Below are positions 1-12,252 of a stretch of 64,000 nt of DNA, piece by piece (within the stretch, counting starts at the first letter, position 1; every line of letters begins with the position of its first letter). The stretch spans positions 20,522,001-20,586,000 of the forward strand of contig CM106586.1 of NCBI GenBank assembly GCA_048013815.1, in the 5' to 3' direction. Below the pieces are notes generated by a model, which worked only from the letters and a program-made list of their open reading frames with translations, ran no database searches and was not told where the DNA came from. The stretch is from Setoptus koraiensis (lineage: Eukaryota; Animalia; Arthropoda). The translations under genes and the position numbers were made by a program.

Positions 1-3000
1 GGCCGTGATTTGTTGTGGCGCTTGCTGATTGGCTATTGGCGCCGCTGCCGAGGCCTCAGTTACGTAATTGGGCTCACCTGTCCAGATTGACTGCTTTTGT
101 TTGTTGTGCGCTGCTTGTTGCTGCTGCTGTCTGGCCGTCGCAGCGACCTCTTGCAGCGGCAACCGCACCGCCTTCCATTTCAGGTGACTGGGCTCCATGG
201 TGATCGATGGCATGGTGGTGGTTCTGTCACTGGTGGTGCTCAACAATACAGTGTTGTGGTTGCTGGGCCTGGTCGCAGAGATGGCGCCAGTGGCGCCAAT
301 TAGGTTGACCAGGTTGAGATCGTCGGTCACAGGGGGCGCCCCCATGGCCATCATTGGCGTGGTGGGCAGTGCCACAGGCACGTCAATGGGGGGGCCCGTC
401 GACGGGCCGCCCACGTCACCGTTGAATACCGGCTGATAGTCGGTGCTGATGGCGGGCTTAATTGGCAGCTGCAATTGCGCGCCTGTCCCGCCCACGGGCA
501 CGCTGCCGCCTAGCGGCGGGTAACGCGCAGCGGCGGCCGGCCCGAGCTGGCTCAGTGCCGAGCCGAACAGCAACAATCCCAGACTGTTGACGCCCATACT
601 TTTGGCCAAGCGCCTGTCCGGCGATTGGCCCATTGCAGCGGTCGATCGGTGCACCGGCTTCTGGGGCCACGGCTCAACCTTGAGCCGCTGCTCCAGGGTG
701 CCGTTGCCAGGCGACGATATCTCCGGATCGCCGGCCGCCGCCGCCGCTCTCTCGTCGGGCTCCTTGGGCCGCCTCTGTTGTGGCCAGTCGGTGAGCCGAT
801 TGGAATCGGCAAAACCAGCAATTGAAGTGGCTGTCACAATGGCTTCGTCACGCTCACCTGTCGCCGCGCTGTCACTGGCGCTGCGATCTGCCTCTAATAT
901 CAGCTGTTTGGCCCTTCTGACTGACGGACCTACCTGTTGCGTCACTTGCTGTCTGCTGTCATCTTGTTTCTCGCTGTTGCTGCTGACACTCATCCGCTGG
1001 TCAAGTGTCACCGAGTGATGATGTCGCGTTGCCTCACCAAACGACGGGGTCACCTCAGGTGAGCTTGTGTTACCCGACGATTGGCGGCGGTCGTCCGGCG
1101 AAACTGTCACACCGGACCCGTTCGCCGACGTTGGCGGATGCTGGCCAGCCCACAGTGGCCATTCAAGGGGTGCCTTACCAGCGGACAAGCCAGCGGATAA
1201 ATCGGTCAGGTTTCTGTCGACCGTTATCGTCGGACCGCTGGTGTTGTAGTTGGGGCCCAGCGGCGACGCATGCAAAACAGAGATGTTACTCGCCAGCCGA
1301 TTGGGCTCGCTGAGATGTGGCCGCTCGAACAGCAACTGGCTGCCGTTGCTGGCCGGTTGCGACCCGTCGACGGGCTCGCCCGACGCGGCCAGCGGCCTCC
1401 AGTGACCCGTCCAAGTGACGTTTGCCACCAGTTTGCCCCGGTCAGCGGTTTCCGCCACCGGGTACCGGACGGTTGCGGCGGTCGATAGTGCCGATGCTGC
1501 GGTTGCTGCTGGCGCGGTTGTTGCTGACGCGGTTGTTGCTGATGACGCGCCGGGCGAGGAGCCCGTCGCTCTGGTCGGGACGGCGGCCGTCGTTGTTGGC
1601 GGCGCCGTTGTCGTTGTTGTCGTCGTTGTTGTCGTCGGTGTTGTTGCTGATTGTGCTTTTAGTGTCGATGCTGTGGGTGTCGATGCTGTGGATGTTGACG
1701 CTGTCGCCAGTGGCGCTGTCGTCGACTTGCTGTTGCGCGGATACCGATGGTCGCTGCCGACCGACGACCACAGCATCCGGTCCAGCATCAAATCGGCGAC
1801 ACTCACGGGCTCCAGCGGCTCAACTGGTTGACTTTTGGGCCTGTCGGGCTTGTCGGTGCGACCGCTGAGCGAGCCAAGTGACAATTGCGCCAGGTAATCG
1901 ACCTGTTGCTGGTCGGCCTTGGCGCCCTTGCTCTTGGTCCTGTTGGCGAGCTGCTGTTTCTTGGCCGCTGTTGCGCTGTCGTGCTTGGCGCCCTTCATTT
2001 GTTCACCGGTGCCGGTTGTTGGTTGGTGCTTTGTGTCAGCTGTTTGTTGGTGCTTTGTGTCAGCCGTTTGTTGACCTGTCGACACAGTCGACACTGTCGG
2101 CCGCTTGTCATTATCAGCTGTTGGGCGATACATGCTGCTGTTGGAGTTGTTGGCCAATGCTTGTTTGTTGTTGTTTATCGCTGACAGCAGCTGCTGATTG
2201 TTTGCCGCTGTCAGTGTCAGTGTCGGCTGATGACGTAAATTGCCACTAAAGCGACCGTTATTGTCCGTTGTTGGCAAGCTAACAGCGTGCTGACGATGCG
2301 CAGTGTGAAACAGACTGTTGGGCACCATAATGACGCGCTCGTGATTAATCAGGTGACTATAATTGGCGATTATGGTGCCAATTGGCGTGCGACCATTGCC
2401 GGCCAGCAGGCGCTCATTGTGCGCGCCCATCATGGGCCCCATCGTGTGCGCGAACGGATGCTGGCTGAGCCAGGCGAAATTGTTATTGCCGGCGCTATTA
2501 TTGGTTGTGGTTACATAATTTATGGCCGCTTGTTGTCGCGCTGGCGCCGCTCCAGCCGCCGCTCCAGCCGCCGGCTTGTTGTGATTGTGACCGGAAGTGG
2601 TCAAGTTTGACCAGGGCGCCACTGGCATCGGTGGCTGTTTGTGGTTGTGGTTGGCGTGGTGGTTGGCGTGGTGGTTGGCGGCCGATGACAGCGCCAAAAC
2701 GCTGTCCAGCAGCGCGCCGGTGCCGCTTTCAGCCGCCAGCTCGGCATTTGGCTGAGCCGGCGATTGTCGCAACGGCGCCGCGATTATTAATGGCTTCAGG
2801 TGAGCGGCGGTCAGTGGCTGCAGCGGCACTTGTTGCTGCTGCTTGCCGGCCGCTGATTGAATTGAATTGGCAATTAACGCCAACGAGCCTTTCAGATGCC
2901 TGCCAGCCTTGTTGCTGTTATTGCCACCGATGCTCCTGTTAAGCTTGCTGTCGACGCTCAAGTTATTATTACTATTATTGCCGTTATTATTATTGCCGTT

Positions 3001-3529
3001 ATTACCGTTCCCGTTATTACGATTATTGCCGCTGTTGTTGTTGTTGTTGCCGTTGTTGTTGCTGTTGTTGTTGCTGTTGTTGTTGTTGTTGTTGTTGCTG
3101 GCTCTCAGTTGCTTGTCGAGCAGCGCCAGCAGCGCTACGTTGCCGGGGTCCTGAAACATGTGAGCAACTCGCTGACCGCTCATCAGTGACAGCTCTGATC
3201 CCCTCTCAATTGACATATTCATGCCAGCGCGATAATCGGTTATTTGGCGACTAATCGGCGATTGTTGCCCCTCGCCAGGCCTCGCCAGCGTCATTGTGGC
3301 CAGCTGAATCGGCTGAACGCTGTGAGTTCGTTTGTCCAGCACCGTTTCGTCCAATTGCAGGCCCTGATTGTTGTCGCTAATGTGGTTGTTGTTTGCACTC
3401 AACAACAGGCGCTGCTGCCGCTGCTGCTGCAGCTCGTCCAACAGCGACGCTCGCTTGTCGCCGGCGTCCATTACGTAAACCTGCTGACCGTCCACCACTT
3501 GTTGTTGTTGTAGTTGTTGATGCTGCTGA

Positions 3530-3565
<36 letters not shown>

Positions 3566-5283
3566 GCTGCCGAGCCGCCGCTGCCTAGCCGCAATCCGTT
3601 GTCGAGTGTCGCCAACAGCGACACGGAGCCCCTGGCGTCCGCGTCGTCGTCATAAATGACCCCGTCGTTTGCGTTGTGCTGCAACTGGCTGCCAATGGGC
3701 CGCTTTGGGGACAAAACGTGTGCCACCACGGGCGCCCCAACGACAACGCCCAACGTGCCGTTGACGGACTGATCGAGCACCGAGTGCTGATTGACAAGAT
3801 CTGACACTTGCAGCACCGTGTCATCGCTGGACAGATGAGGGCGCTTGTTGGCCGACACCGACACAAAACTCGGCTGCTCTGCCGACTGGTGGCGTGACAG
3901 CGATGGCACTTGTTGCAATTGTTGGCTGTTGTCGCTTTTGTTGCGCTGTACGGGCAGCCTGTTCAGCGACGCCAAACTCTCACTGTCGCTAATCTCGTAC
4001 GGAGCCGCACTTACGTAATCCGTCGATTTCTTGCTGTTGTTCAGTTGTTGTTGTTGTTGTTGCTGTTGCTGTTCGAGCTGTTGCTGCTGCAGTTGTTGCC
4101 GCTGGCTCGTTTGCAGCAGCAGCGCGTCCAGCAGCTGATTGGCCTCCTCCAGCGAGCTCGTGGAGGCCAGCAGCTGCCTGAGGAGCCCCTCTTCTTGTTG
4201 TTGCTGTTGTTGTTGTTGCTGCTGCTGTTGCTGTTGAGCATTGTCGTCGATCAGCTGAACTGGCTGAATTATTTGCAGCATGGACACCGCGCCAGAGCCG
4301 GAAGTGGCCGGCTCGTTTTGCACCGTTGAGTTGGGCGCCGTTCTCGCTGTGTTGGCTGTGATTGTGGCCAAGCTACGACTTGTTGTGTCAATTGTGTTGT
4401 GATTTTGATTATTGTGATCATTTTCGCTCACTAACGTGTTGTCAACCATTAACGCATTTGCATACTTTATTTGGCCAGTTCCTTGGACGCCGGCCGCCAG
4501 TGTGTGCGGCGCCGTCACGTCGAACGCGGCCAGACTTGCTTGGGGCCCACTCTGTGGCTGCAACGGGTGCTGTTCGCCGGGACCCGCCGTGCGGCACCAA
4601 CCGGCGCTCAAAATAACGAGGGCCCACACGGCACAATAGGCCGCCAGTCGACTTGTTAGGAATACGTGATTATAGTTGGGTCTGGCAGCCGTGCTACCGA
4701 TTGATTTGTTTTGTTTGTGGCATATGTGGCTGCTGCTGACTGCTGCTGCGGTTGTTGTTGTTGTTGTTGTTGTCGATGATTTTAATTGTGCAAAAGAACT
4801 GCAACGATTCTGTTTGCTATCACTGTTTTCGCGTGAATTTCTTCTTCTATTCACCTGTTTGTGTTCACTCGGTTTTTGCTCAAGCCCACACAACCTGTTT
4901 GCTGTCAACAATGTGTCGTGGTGGCGATTCACTGATAAATAACTTATTGACGATGATACTGGTTTGGTTTGGGCGCCGCTCGGGCCCTGTGCGGTTGCTT
5001 GCGCCATCAAACAGGGCGCTCGGGCGCTCGCAAACGTGGGCAGCGTGTCTGGGCGTCGAGCAAGACTTGATTTGGCCTGCTCTATGAGTAGTTTGCAGTA
5101 GCTGACACTTGGGCCCGCGCACCGGCGAGCCGTTTTGCTCGTTTTTCGCGCACTATCTTGTTGGGGCCCCTCGTTTGGGGGCCATTCTTTTGCTGGCATT
5201 TGTTGTGTGGGAGTGTGCGAATTGATAGTGTTGATGCAGTTTGCTTGCTTGCTGGCGCAATCGCGCCTCGTTTGGCTCGACAT
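1..5283 (-). CDS. Large low-complexity (Q/N/T/S/H-rich) protein, probably secreted or membrane-anchored; single giant exon, 3'-partial (>=1761 aa); family not recognisable
   Basis: I translated the minus frame (codons starting at coordinates divisible by 3) by hand. It is open from 5301 to position 1 with no stop. First ATG at 5283 (MSSQTRRDCASKQ...). Hydrophobic segment VFLTSRLAAYCAVWALVILSAGWC at ~aa 207-230 (4665-4594). Downstream are poly-Q, poly-N and Thr-rich tracts and many N-X-S/T sequons. It is absent from the ORF track because no stop lies inside the window. Confidence 0.85.
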
Positions 5284-5301
5284 TGCGACAGCTCGTTGGT
5301 G

Positions 5302-5358
5302 CTATATGCCGGATATAATATCCGATATTTCAGTTGTTATTAGTTGTTATTAGTTGCT
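5302..5358 (-). other. Candidate 3' splice acceptor of the giant exon
   Basis: Minus strand reads aACTAATaacaACTAATaac...ggcataTAG|CACCAAC. It has two branch-point-like motifs and no AG for ~55 nt before the AG. The in-frame TAG that bounds the ORF is this acceptor. Confidence 0.5.
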
Positions 5359-7763
5359 AGACAAATGGCAGCTGACTGTTTCTAATTTTTCACAACATCG
5401 CGCTGCCTGACAAATGACTGATTGTTGTCTGGCCAATTGTCAACTGTCAACTGTCAGCTGGCCGATTGTCAACTGTCAGCTGGCCGATTGTCAATTGTCG
5501 ATGGGCCTGCTTGGGCAGTTGGCCGATGCTCGACCGACAACAGCGAGCACTCTAATTCGGGCCGCTGTTGCTGTCGCTGTTGTTGTAATGACGCGATTAT
5601 CTAATCTTGTATTTAAACAAATCTTGTTGTTGTTGTTGTTGTATGCTCTTTTACGACTGTGCGATCTTTTGCGCCACTGCGCCCGTCGTCATTAACAGCG
5701 GCAACGGCGCCAGCGTCCGACTGCCGGCTTGCCAAATTGAGCAATAACCCTAACTGGCTATAATTAAACTGGCCGCCCGCTCGCCGAAACTGTCGCAAAC
5801 TGTCGCAAACTGTCGCCGACTGCCGCCGCTAACTGTCGCTAACTGTCGGTAATTGTTGGTTCGTTTGTTTGTTTGTTTGTTTGTCTATTCTGGTCGATCT
5901 TCGGCTCGGCCGAGTTTGAAATGGACAGTGGCCGCAGTGCAAGTGGACGGCGTATCGCTGGGTGGTGTCTCGCATAAAATTAAATTGACATTTGCACACA
6001 ACGTTGCCAAACGGACGACCGGCCACTTGTTGGCCACTTGTTGGCTCTTCGCCTGTCGGGCGGCTTCTTTTCGGGCCGGCGCTTCTTCGTTTTTCGGGCC
6101 GCTTCTTCGTATTTCGAGCCGCTTCTTCGCTGCCCCTTTTCGGACACTCCGGCCACTCGCAAACTTATAAATAATAATAATTGACGCAACTCTCGCTCGC
6201 TGTCGCCGGTAGGCCGGTCGGTCTCACACTGGCCACAGTTCGTTAGCGGCCGAGATGCGCCTTGATTAGGCGATTGCGCAAGCCGCTCGACTGTCGCTCG
6301 ACTGTCGCAAGGCGCTTCGCTCGGCGTGTCCGTTCACTTCCTCGTTGTCGCTCGCCGTTGCTCTATCTCTCGACTCGACAGTCTCGCTATCTCTCAACTC
6401 GGGCCGTTCTCTCGCGGGCTATCTGTCTCTGCTGGTCTCTATTGGTCGCTTGCTGGTCTCTGTTGGTCGCTTGCTGGTCTCTATTAGTCGCTGGCTGGTC
6501 TCTATTGGTCGCTGGCTGGTCGCTGCTGTTGCCGGTTGTGCTCACCTGTCACAGCGGCGCCGTTACATTTGATTCTTCGAAAGTCGCCGTCGATGCTGTC
6601 CCCCGCGAATGCCGCCGCCGCCGCTGCCGCCGCTTATGAATTCGGATGAGTCGCTGCGATTGGCTTCGGGCCGCCGCCGCCGCCGAACAGGCACTGGTCA
6701 GTCGCTGGTCAGTGGCGCTTCTTCAACTGTGCCACTAACACTGTTCGTGCTATGCCAAAGTTATGCTGTAATAATTATGCTTCTTGATGTGAATGATGAT
6801 GTCAAGATAAACGGGCGGCTGTCGTTGCCGCTGTGGCTGCCTGTGCGATTTGGCTGCCTCTGTGACCGACTATCTGCGTCCGTTCGTTCGTTACCTGTTT
6901 AACTCGTCTTCTTCGCTTGTTGCGCTGCTTCGAGCGCTCGCCGATCCGGCCCAACAGTCCGCTGGCTTACACTGGCCGCTGTGGGGGCTCACAAGTGACG
7001 CCGTTCCATTAAGTTCATTAAGTGTGTGCTATTGCGATCCAAAGATTGATTAGTGATCCTTTCGCTGGCTCGCTGCTGTCGTTCGCTCTCGCTCGCTCTC
7101 TCGCTTGTTCTTATTATATAATGCTCTTATTATATAATGTTATGTATTGTGTGTTGGCTCAATTTGCTTGATACTTAAATTGGTCGCCGGACACAGGCAA
7201 TTGGCGCTCGGTGTGCCGGCTGGAAACGGTCGAGAGGGTCGCACACACAAACAACACGGCAAACATTTGTTGACAAAGTTCAACCAACTGACACAACCCA
7301 ACACTGTCGCTTTGTCGCTCGCCAATTTTCACTAACTTCAACAGCCAATTCAACCGCTAACTGCAACTGCCCAAATGGCCCTTGCGATGCCCGAACGCTC
7401 GTTAGCGACCGAAGCGGGCGAACTTTAATCAAATGAGGGATAATTTATCGTTGCGTCACACAATATCCGTCTTGTCGTTGTTGCTGTCGTTGTTGTCGTT
7501 GCTGCTGTTGTCGTTGTTGCTGTTGTCGTTGTTGCTGTTGTCGTATTTGTGTGCGGCTATTTGTGCCGCTATTTGTGCCGTTGCGGTCGTCGCTGTCGCT
7601 TGTCGTGGCGCAACAATTTCAGATATTGCTTACGACTGGTCCGAGGCTATGGCTTCTTCGAGTGTGGATCTGCCTGCCGTATTCCACTCAATTAGCATGC
7701 CAGCGAAATGCGTTTGTCTCGCTTCTTCTCACCATTTATGCCAGCCACACATCCAGCCGATTC

Positions 7764-7852
7764 GCCGTATATTCTCGGTATATTGGCCGTATATTCTCGG
7801 TATATTGGCCGTATATTCTCGGTATATTCACCATATATTCACGGTATATTGT
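7764..7852. repeat. 22-nt minisatellite (gccgtatattctcggtatattg), ~3 copies plus degenerate tail
   Basis: Direct reading of the sequence. Confidence 0.9.
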
Positions 7853-8119
7853 CCGTGCCTATCGACGGCGCTTCTTCGCGCCGAGTCGCTCGCTACTAGC
7901 CACTGTCTCTCACTGCTGACCGACGGACTCGCTAACTGGATATTGGATAACTGAACAACTGGATATTTAAACAACTGGACAACTAAATAACTGGCTAACT
8001 GGATGAATGATGCCTCGCCGATGACGCAACCGTTGCAATTCAATATTCATTCATCTTTTTGTGTGTCTGCTGGCGAGCATGCGATCAATTCGGACGTCAG
8101 CTAATGGTGGTCCCGTTAC

Positions 8120-8120
<1 letters not shown>

Positions 8121-8190
<70 letters not shown>
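8121..8190. repeat. (TG)35 microsatellite
   Basis: Uninterrupted TG run. Confidence 0.98.
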
Positions 8191-8195
<5 letters not shown>

Positions 8196-8642
8196 CGCTA
8201 TCTTGATTGGCAACAAAACGATCACGATGTCGGCCAGTTCGAGCGTACGTAATGGCCACTCGAAGCTGGCTAATGTTGCATAAGCGCCAGTGTCTTATCT
8301 TATCGCATGCTGTCGCTGATGATGCTGTCGTTGTCGCTGTTGCCGGTGATGATTCTGTCGTTGTTGTTGATGTTGTTGTTGTTGCTTTCGCCTATGATGA
8401 TTCTGTCGTTGTTGCTGTTGCTGTCGTCGTTGCTCGCTGACGGCGACTGGTGCGACGGGATACTTGCGATGACGAGATCACTGAGATAGATTGGCCAACC
8501 GAATGTATAATATCTGACGACGATCGGCCTAATGATCGGGCGGGCCAGCCAAACCGAGCCGAGCCAAACGTCGCTATGCTTGCGATGGCCGATGTTCGTG
8601 ACGCAATGATTGATGCGGCCCCTGGCTCGCTCTCTCGGACAG

Positions 8643-8733
8643 CTCTATCTCTGGCGAATAAGACTCTATCTGGCGGATAAAACTATTTCTGGCGCATAAA
8701 ACTCTATCTGGCGGATAAAACTCTATCTGGCGG
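8643..8733. repeat. ~19-nt degenerate minisatellite (ctctatctggcggataaaa), ~5 copies
   Basis: Direct reading of the sequence. Confidence 0.85.
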
Positions 8734-9931
8734 CTATCGCTCACTGATAAAATGGTATCGATGCTGTGCACGCTGGTGCGGCTTGACGGGCTCGCTGGCT
8801 CGATGCTATCGGGTTGACAGGCGATAAATAACGTCTCTTGTTGGGCGCCAATTTGCTTAATTTGCAAATTTGTTTAATTGTCGCTGGGTGCGGCCCGGCT
8901 CGTGGGTGCCGTCGCTGATCGTCGCTGATCGTCGCCGACCGTCGCTGATCGTCGGTTATCGGCGAATCTTCAAATCTTGGCAACTGTGCGAATCTAATTG
9001 GGCGACGTTCGAGCGATTCGAATTGGGCAAACTGATGCGAGCAACCCGATCGCAAAATACGTTACGTAATGTTGCAATGTGTTGTGTTGGCGATTATCGG
9101 GCTGGCAGTTTTAATTTTAGCTGCTGCAATTAGTTTGTCTGTGTCGGCCAGCGATGATATTAGTTTGCTTGTTGATGATATTAGTTTGCTTGCGATGATG
9201 CTGGCCCGGCCAACTGTTGTGTGCCTGCGAGTGACACTTGTTGATTCCGTTGATTAGGCAAATGATTCAAATGATTCAAATGATTCAAATGATGATTATC
9301 TTTTCATGATGAATCTCTCTGGCTTGCGAGCGGCCCAACAGTGGCCAGCCGAACAGCGGGCAGCCGGACAGTGGGCAAGCGGGCGAGAGATGCTACAACT
9401 GGCGCCACTTGGCAACTTAATTATACTGTTCGCCTAATGACTCTGGTGTGTGTGTGTGTGTGCTAAAAAAACTAATTAATCTGATGGGACTATTCTCACC
9501 GACACACAACAACACAACTTGTCTTGTTGTTGTCACAAGCAAGTGAGTTAATTGATCTCGCTTGCCGATTTGATCTGGGCGCAATGTGCACTGAGCTGGC
9601 TGGCGTTTGATTGCACCAGTTTGAGTGACAACTAAAAATAGGTGCCAGCAGCGGCACTAAGCATTGTGTTGGATCGCAATCGTACACAACGTACATTTAA
9701 TATAGTCGCTAGCGACAAAGCAGCGGCCAGGTGAGCAAACAAACAAATAGACAAACAACTCGTCTCGACATTGCGCAACGGTCGCCCGCCCCCGACAAGT
9801 CGATCATGCGCTGCGACTTGCGACCAGTGCTCTATTACAAACAATTTAAATGATGCTCGCCAGTATCTCATTTCAAACTGCTCAGCTTCAAACTCTTGCC
9901 GCTCACTCCATCGCCAGCTTCATCTTCTCTC

Positions 9932-9990
9932 GCTCACCTGAGCTCACCTGAGCTCGCCTGTGCTCACCTGAGCTCACCTGTGCTCGCCTG
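9932..9990. repeat. 10-nt tandem repeat gctc(a/g)cctg(a/t) x6
   Basis: Six units; four contain CACCTG (CAG/GTGAGC on the minus strand). Confidence 0.9.
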
Positions 9991-10589
9991 AACTTGCTTG
10001 CTTCGTTGCTGCGTTGCACCTGTCCAGTTGTTGGCCGTTGTTTGTGCGCACTCGCAACAAGTGCTGTTGTTGTTGTTGTTGTTGTTGTTGGCATCGGGCC
10101 AGCACAACAAACAAACAAACACATAGTGTTACACATGAGATGGCTTTGTTGTTATGCGTGAATATTGCGGTTTTCAAGGTGCAACTCAAGCGTGCTCTTG
10201 TTGTCTCGTCCAACAAATCGGCCGCTCTTTTTTCCTACTCTTACGCTGGACTCACCTGTCGTCGTCGTTGTTGGCGTTGTCGTTGTTGCTGCTTTGTTTG
10301 CCCGCTCAACGCTCATACAATCTGTTACTCTCTAACGGTTACGCAATCTGAGACGGCTCACAATTGTCAGCTCATTTGCTGTCGCTGCTGCAAACTTCAC
10401 TGGCGCAGAGAGGATGTTGACCGCACACCGCGAATTAAACTTGCACAAACACCGTCAATACAAGTACCGTTACACAAATAGCCCTGCTGCATAGGTCTAG
10501 AATCATACGATGCAATGGCCTTTGTCTCTGCAGCGACACTGTGCAGCCGCTACTTGTCACTAGTGTCAATTGTCAGCTGATGGCGGCCG

Positions 10590-10652
10590 CTGTTTGACAG
10601 CAGCGTCTGTTTGACAGCAGCGTCTGTTTGACAGCAGCGTCTGTTTGACAGC
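10590..10652. repeat. 17-nt tandem repeat (ctgtttgacagcagcgt) x3.7
   Basis: Perfect copies. Confidence 0.95.
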
Positions 10653-11419
10653 CACCGCCACTAACAGCTGACGACAAGCACGAGTTGGCAACACGAGTCT
10701 CTCATCACCATAACCAGCTGGTTGCATTTCACCTGTCAGGGCTGGCCGTACATGACGACACAATCTCAAGTGGGCCTCGAGGGACAATGTCATCGCAACA
10801 GAACAGATGATGCATGTTGCGCAACCAACGAGGCCATAATCTAATTTCCATCGGCTGTCATCTGCTCACTCTTTCTCCCTGTCTCTCGCTGCAACGTCGC
10901 CGCTACAACATTTTCACTCGTGTAAAACTATTCACAAAATCACTGTCACTTTCACATGACAAGATAGTTACGCAATGAACAAAGTGCTTCGAGAGTCACT
11001 CAAACAGCCACCTGAGACCCTTGCAGTAAAGCTGACAAAAAAAAAAGACTATACGCTGACAATAGAATTGAATTAATAATAATCCTTTGAGCTCGTTTGA
11101 CAAACTACTTTAGACTACAAAGTTCAGTCACACATTGCATGATAAATCAAATCACCTGTTTTATCGCTTATTTGATAATGTTATCATGATGGCATGTCAA
11201 TATGAATCAAGTTCATTTGTTATCGCTGTGTTGCTGTACTGTCATGGAGGCTCTTGTATCAGCTCACAATTGTCAGTTGAGTATATTTTGCTGTAATCAC
11301 TTGTTGTGAGCACTGTTGCAAACATATACACGGCCAATACAGTGACATGTTTCCTGTGTGTCGTTAATAGAGCTAATGTCACATTAGATTAGAACAAGAA
11401 TCGATCGGATATCATCACC

Positions 11420-12252
11420 ATGGCGACCATGGGCAACAATGTGGCCTCGGCGACGACATGTCGCAACAACCTCGTAAGCCTCATATTTATCCATTTAATC
11501 TGTTCGCTTTGCTTGTTGTCGTCGTCGCTGCATCATGAGTCGCTGCAAATATTTGCAAGCCCCGTACCGATAGTGGCCAAGTCATCGGCCAATGGTTATG
11601 ATGTCACCAGTACAGCAACAAATATCGCAACTTCACAACAACACCAACATCATAGACAGCAAATGGATAATTCATCGTCTGCTTCTATTCACACGCAAAC
11701 CATCCACCAACAGCACAATCAATTTCAGCCAGAAGACCCCCTAGTTTACCATTTAATGACACCAGGTGAGTACAAACTTGCCAGTGTGTGTGTGTGCAAG
11801 ACGCTAGACGCACAAATATAAATCGCTATTTATTTGACATTTATTTTTCACTGACCAAGAGTCACTAATTGTGACCTCTACTCACAATCAACGTAATCAA
11901 TGTACTTCAACGTATTAACAGAGCAACAAGCCGAGCTTGCCGAATCTATAACGAAAATGTCCGAATCAATTCGGCCGCATCAGCCCAGAAACAGTATGAT
12001 TCTTTTGAGTGAGTATCGCCCTCTAGTGGCCAATCGTGACACAATCATTTGAACACATTTGAATTATGTAATCAACGTGTATATTGTCGTTTTTCTGTTG
12101 TTAACATCTCAACTATGCGCCTATATCCATTCCGTTCGCCAGTTGATCTAGATAAAGCGAATGGCGCCACACAAAATCACTACCACCAGTACAGTGACCA
12201 GCAGGCGCGCGTTATCAAGGGTTGGGGCGCGGGCAAGGGTTTCATTGGCTAG
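11420..12252 (+). CDS. Secreted protein of unknown family, 180 aa, 3 exons join(11420..11765,11922..12008,12143..12252); possible peptide precursor
   Basis: Introns 11766-11921 (CAG|GTGAGT...ttaacAG) and 12009-12142 (GA|GTGAGT...ttcgccAG) are both phase 1 and keep one frame to TAG at 12252. Signal-peptide-like LVSLIFIHLICSLCLLSSS precedes IFA-SPVP. The spliced C-terminus is ...RPHQPRNSMILLIDLDKANGATQNHYHQYSDQQARVIKGWGAGKGFIG*. Confidence 0.75.
12016..12032 (-). promoter_or_regulatory. CTCF-like insulator motif
   Basis: Minus strand TGGCCACTAGAGGGCGA closely matches the CTCF core CCASYAGRKGGCRS. It lies in intron 2 of the secreted-protein gene. Confidence 0.4.

Noticed and set aside
15-5353. 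Many short ORF-track ORFs (e.g. 587..1018, 1415..1831, 2867..3154, 3910..4329)
   Set aside because: Antisense or alternate-frame shadows of the giant minus-strand ORF; the poly-L/V/C runs simply mirror its Q/N/T repeats.
11240-11260. tgtcatggag resembling the 5' end of miR-281-3p
   Set aside because: Only ~10 nt match, and there is no complementary arm nearby to form a precursor.
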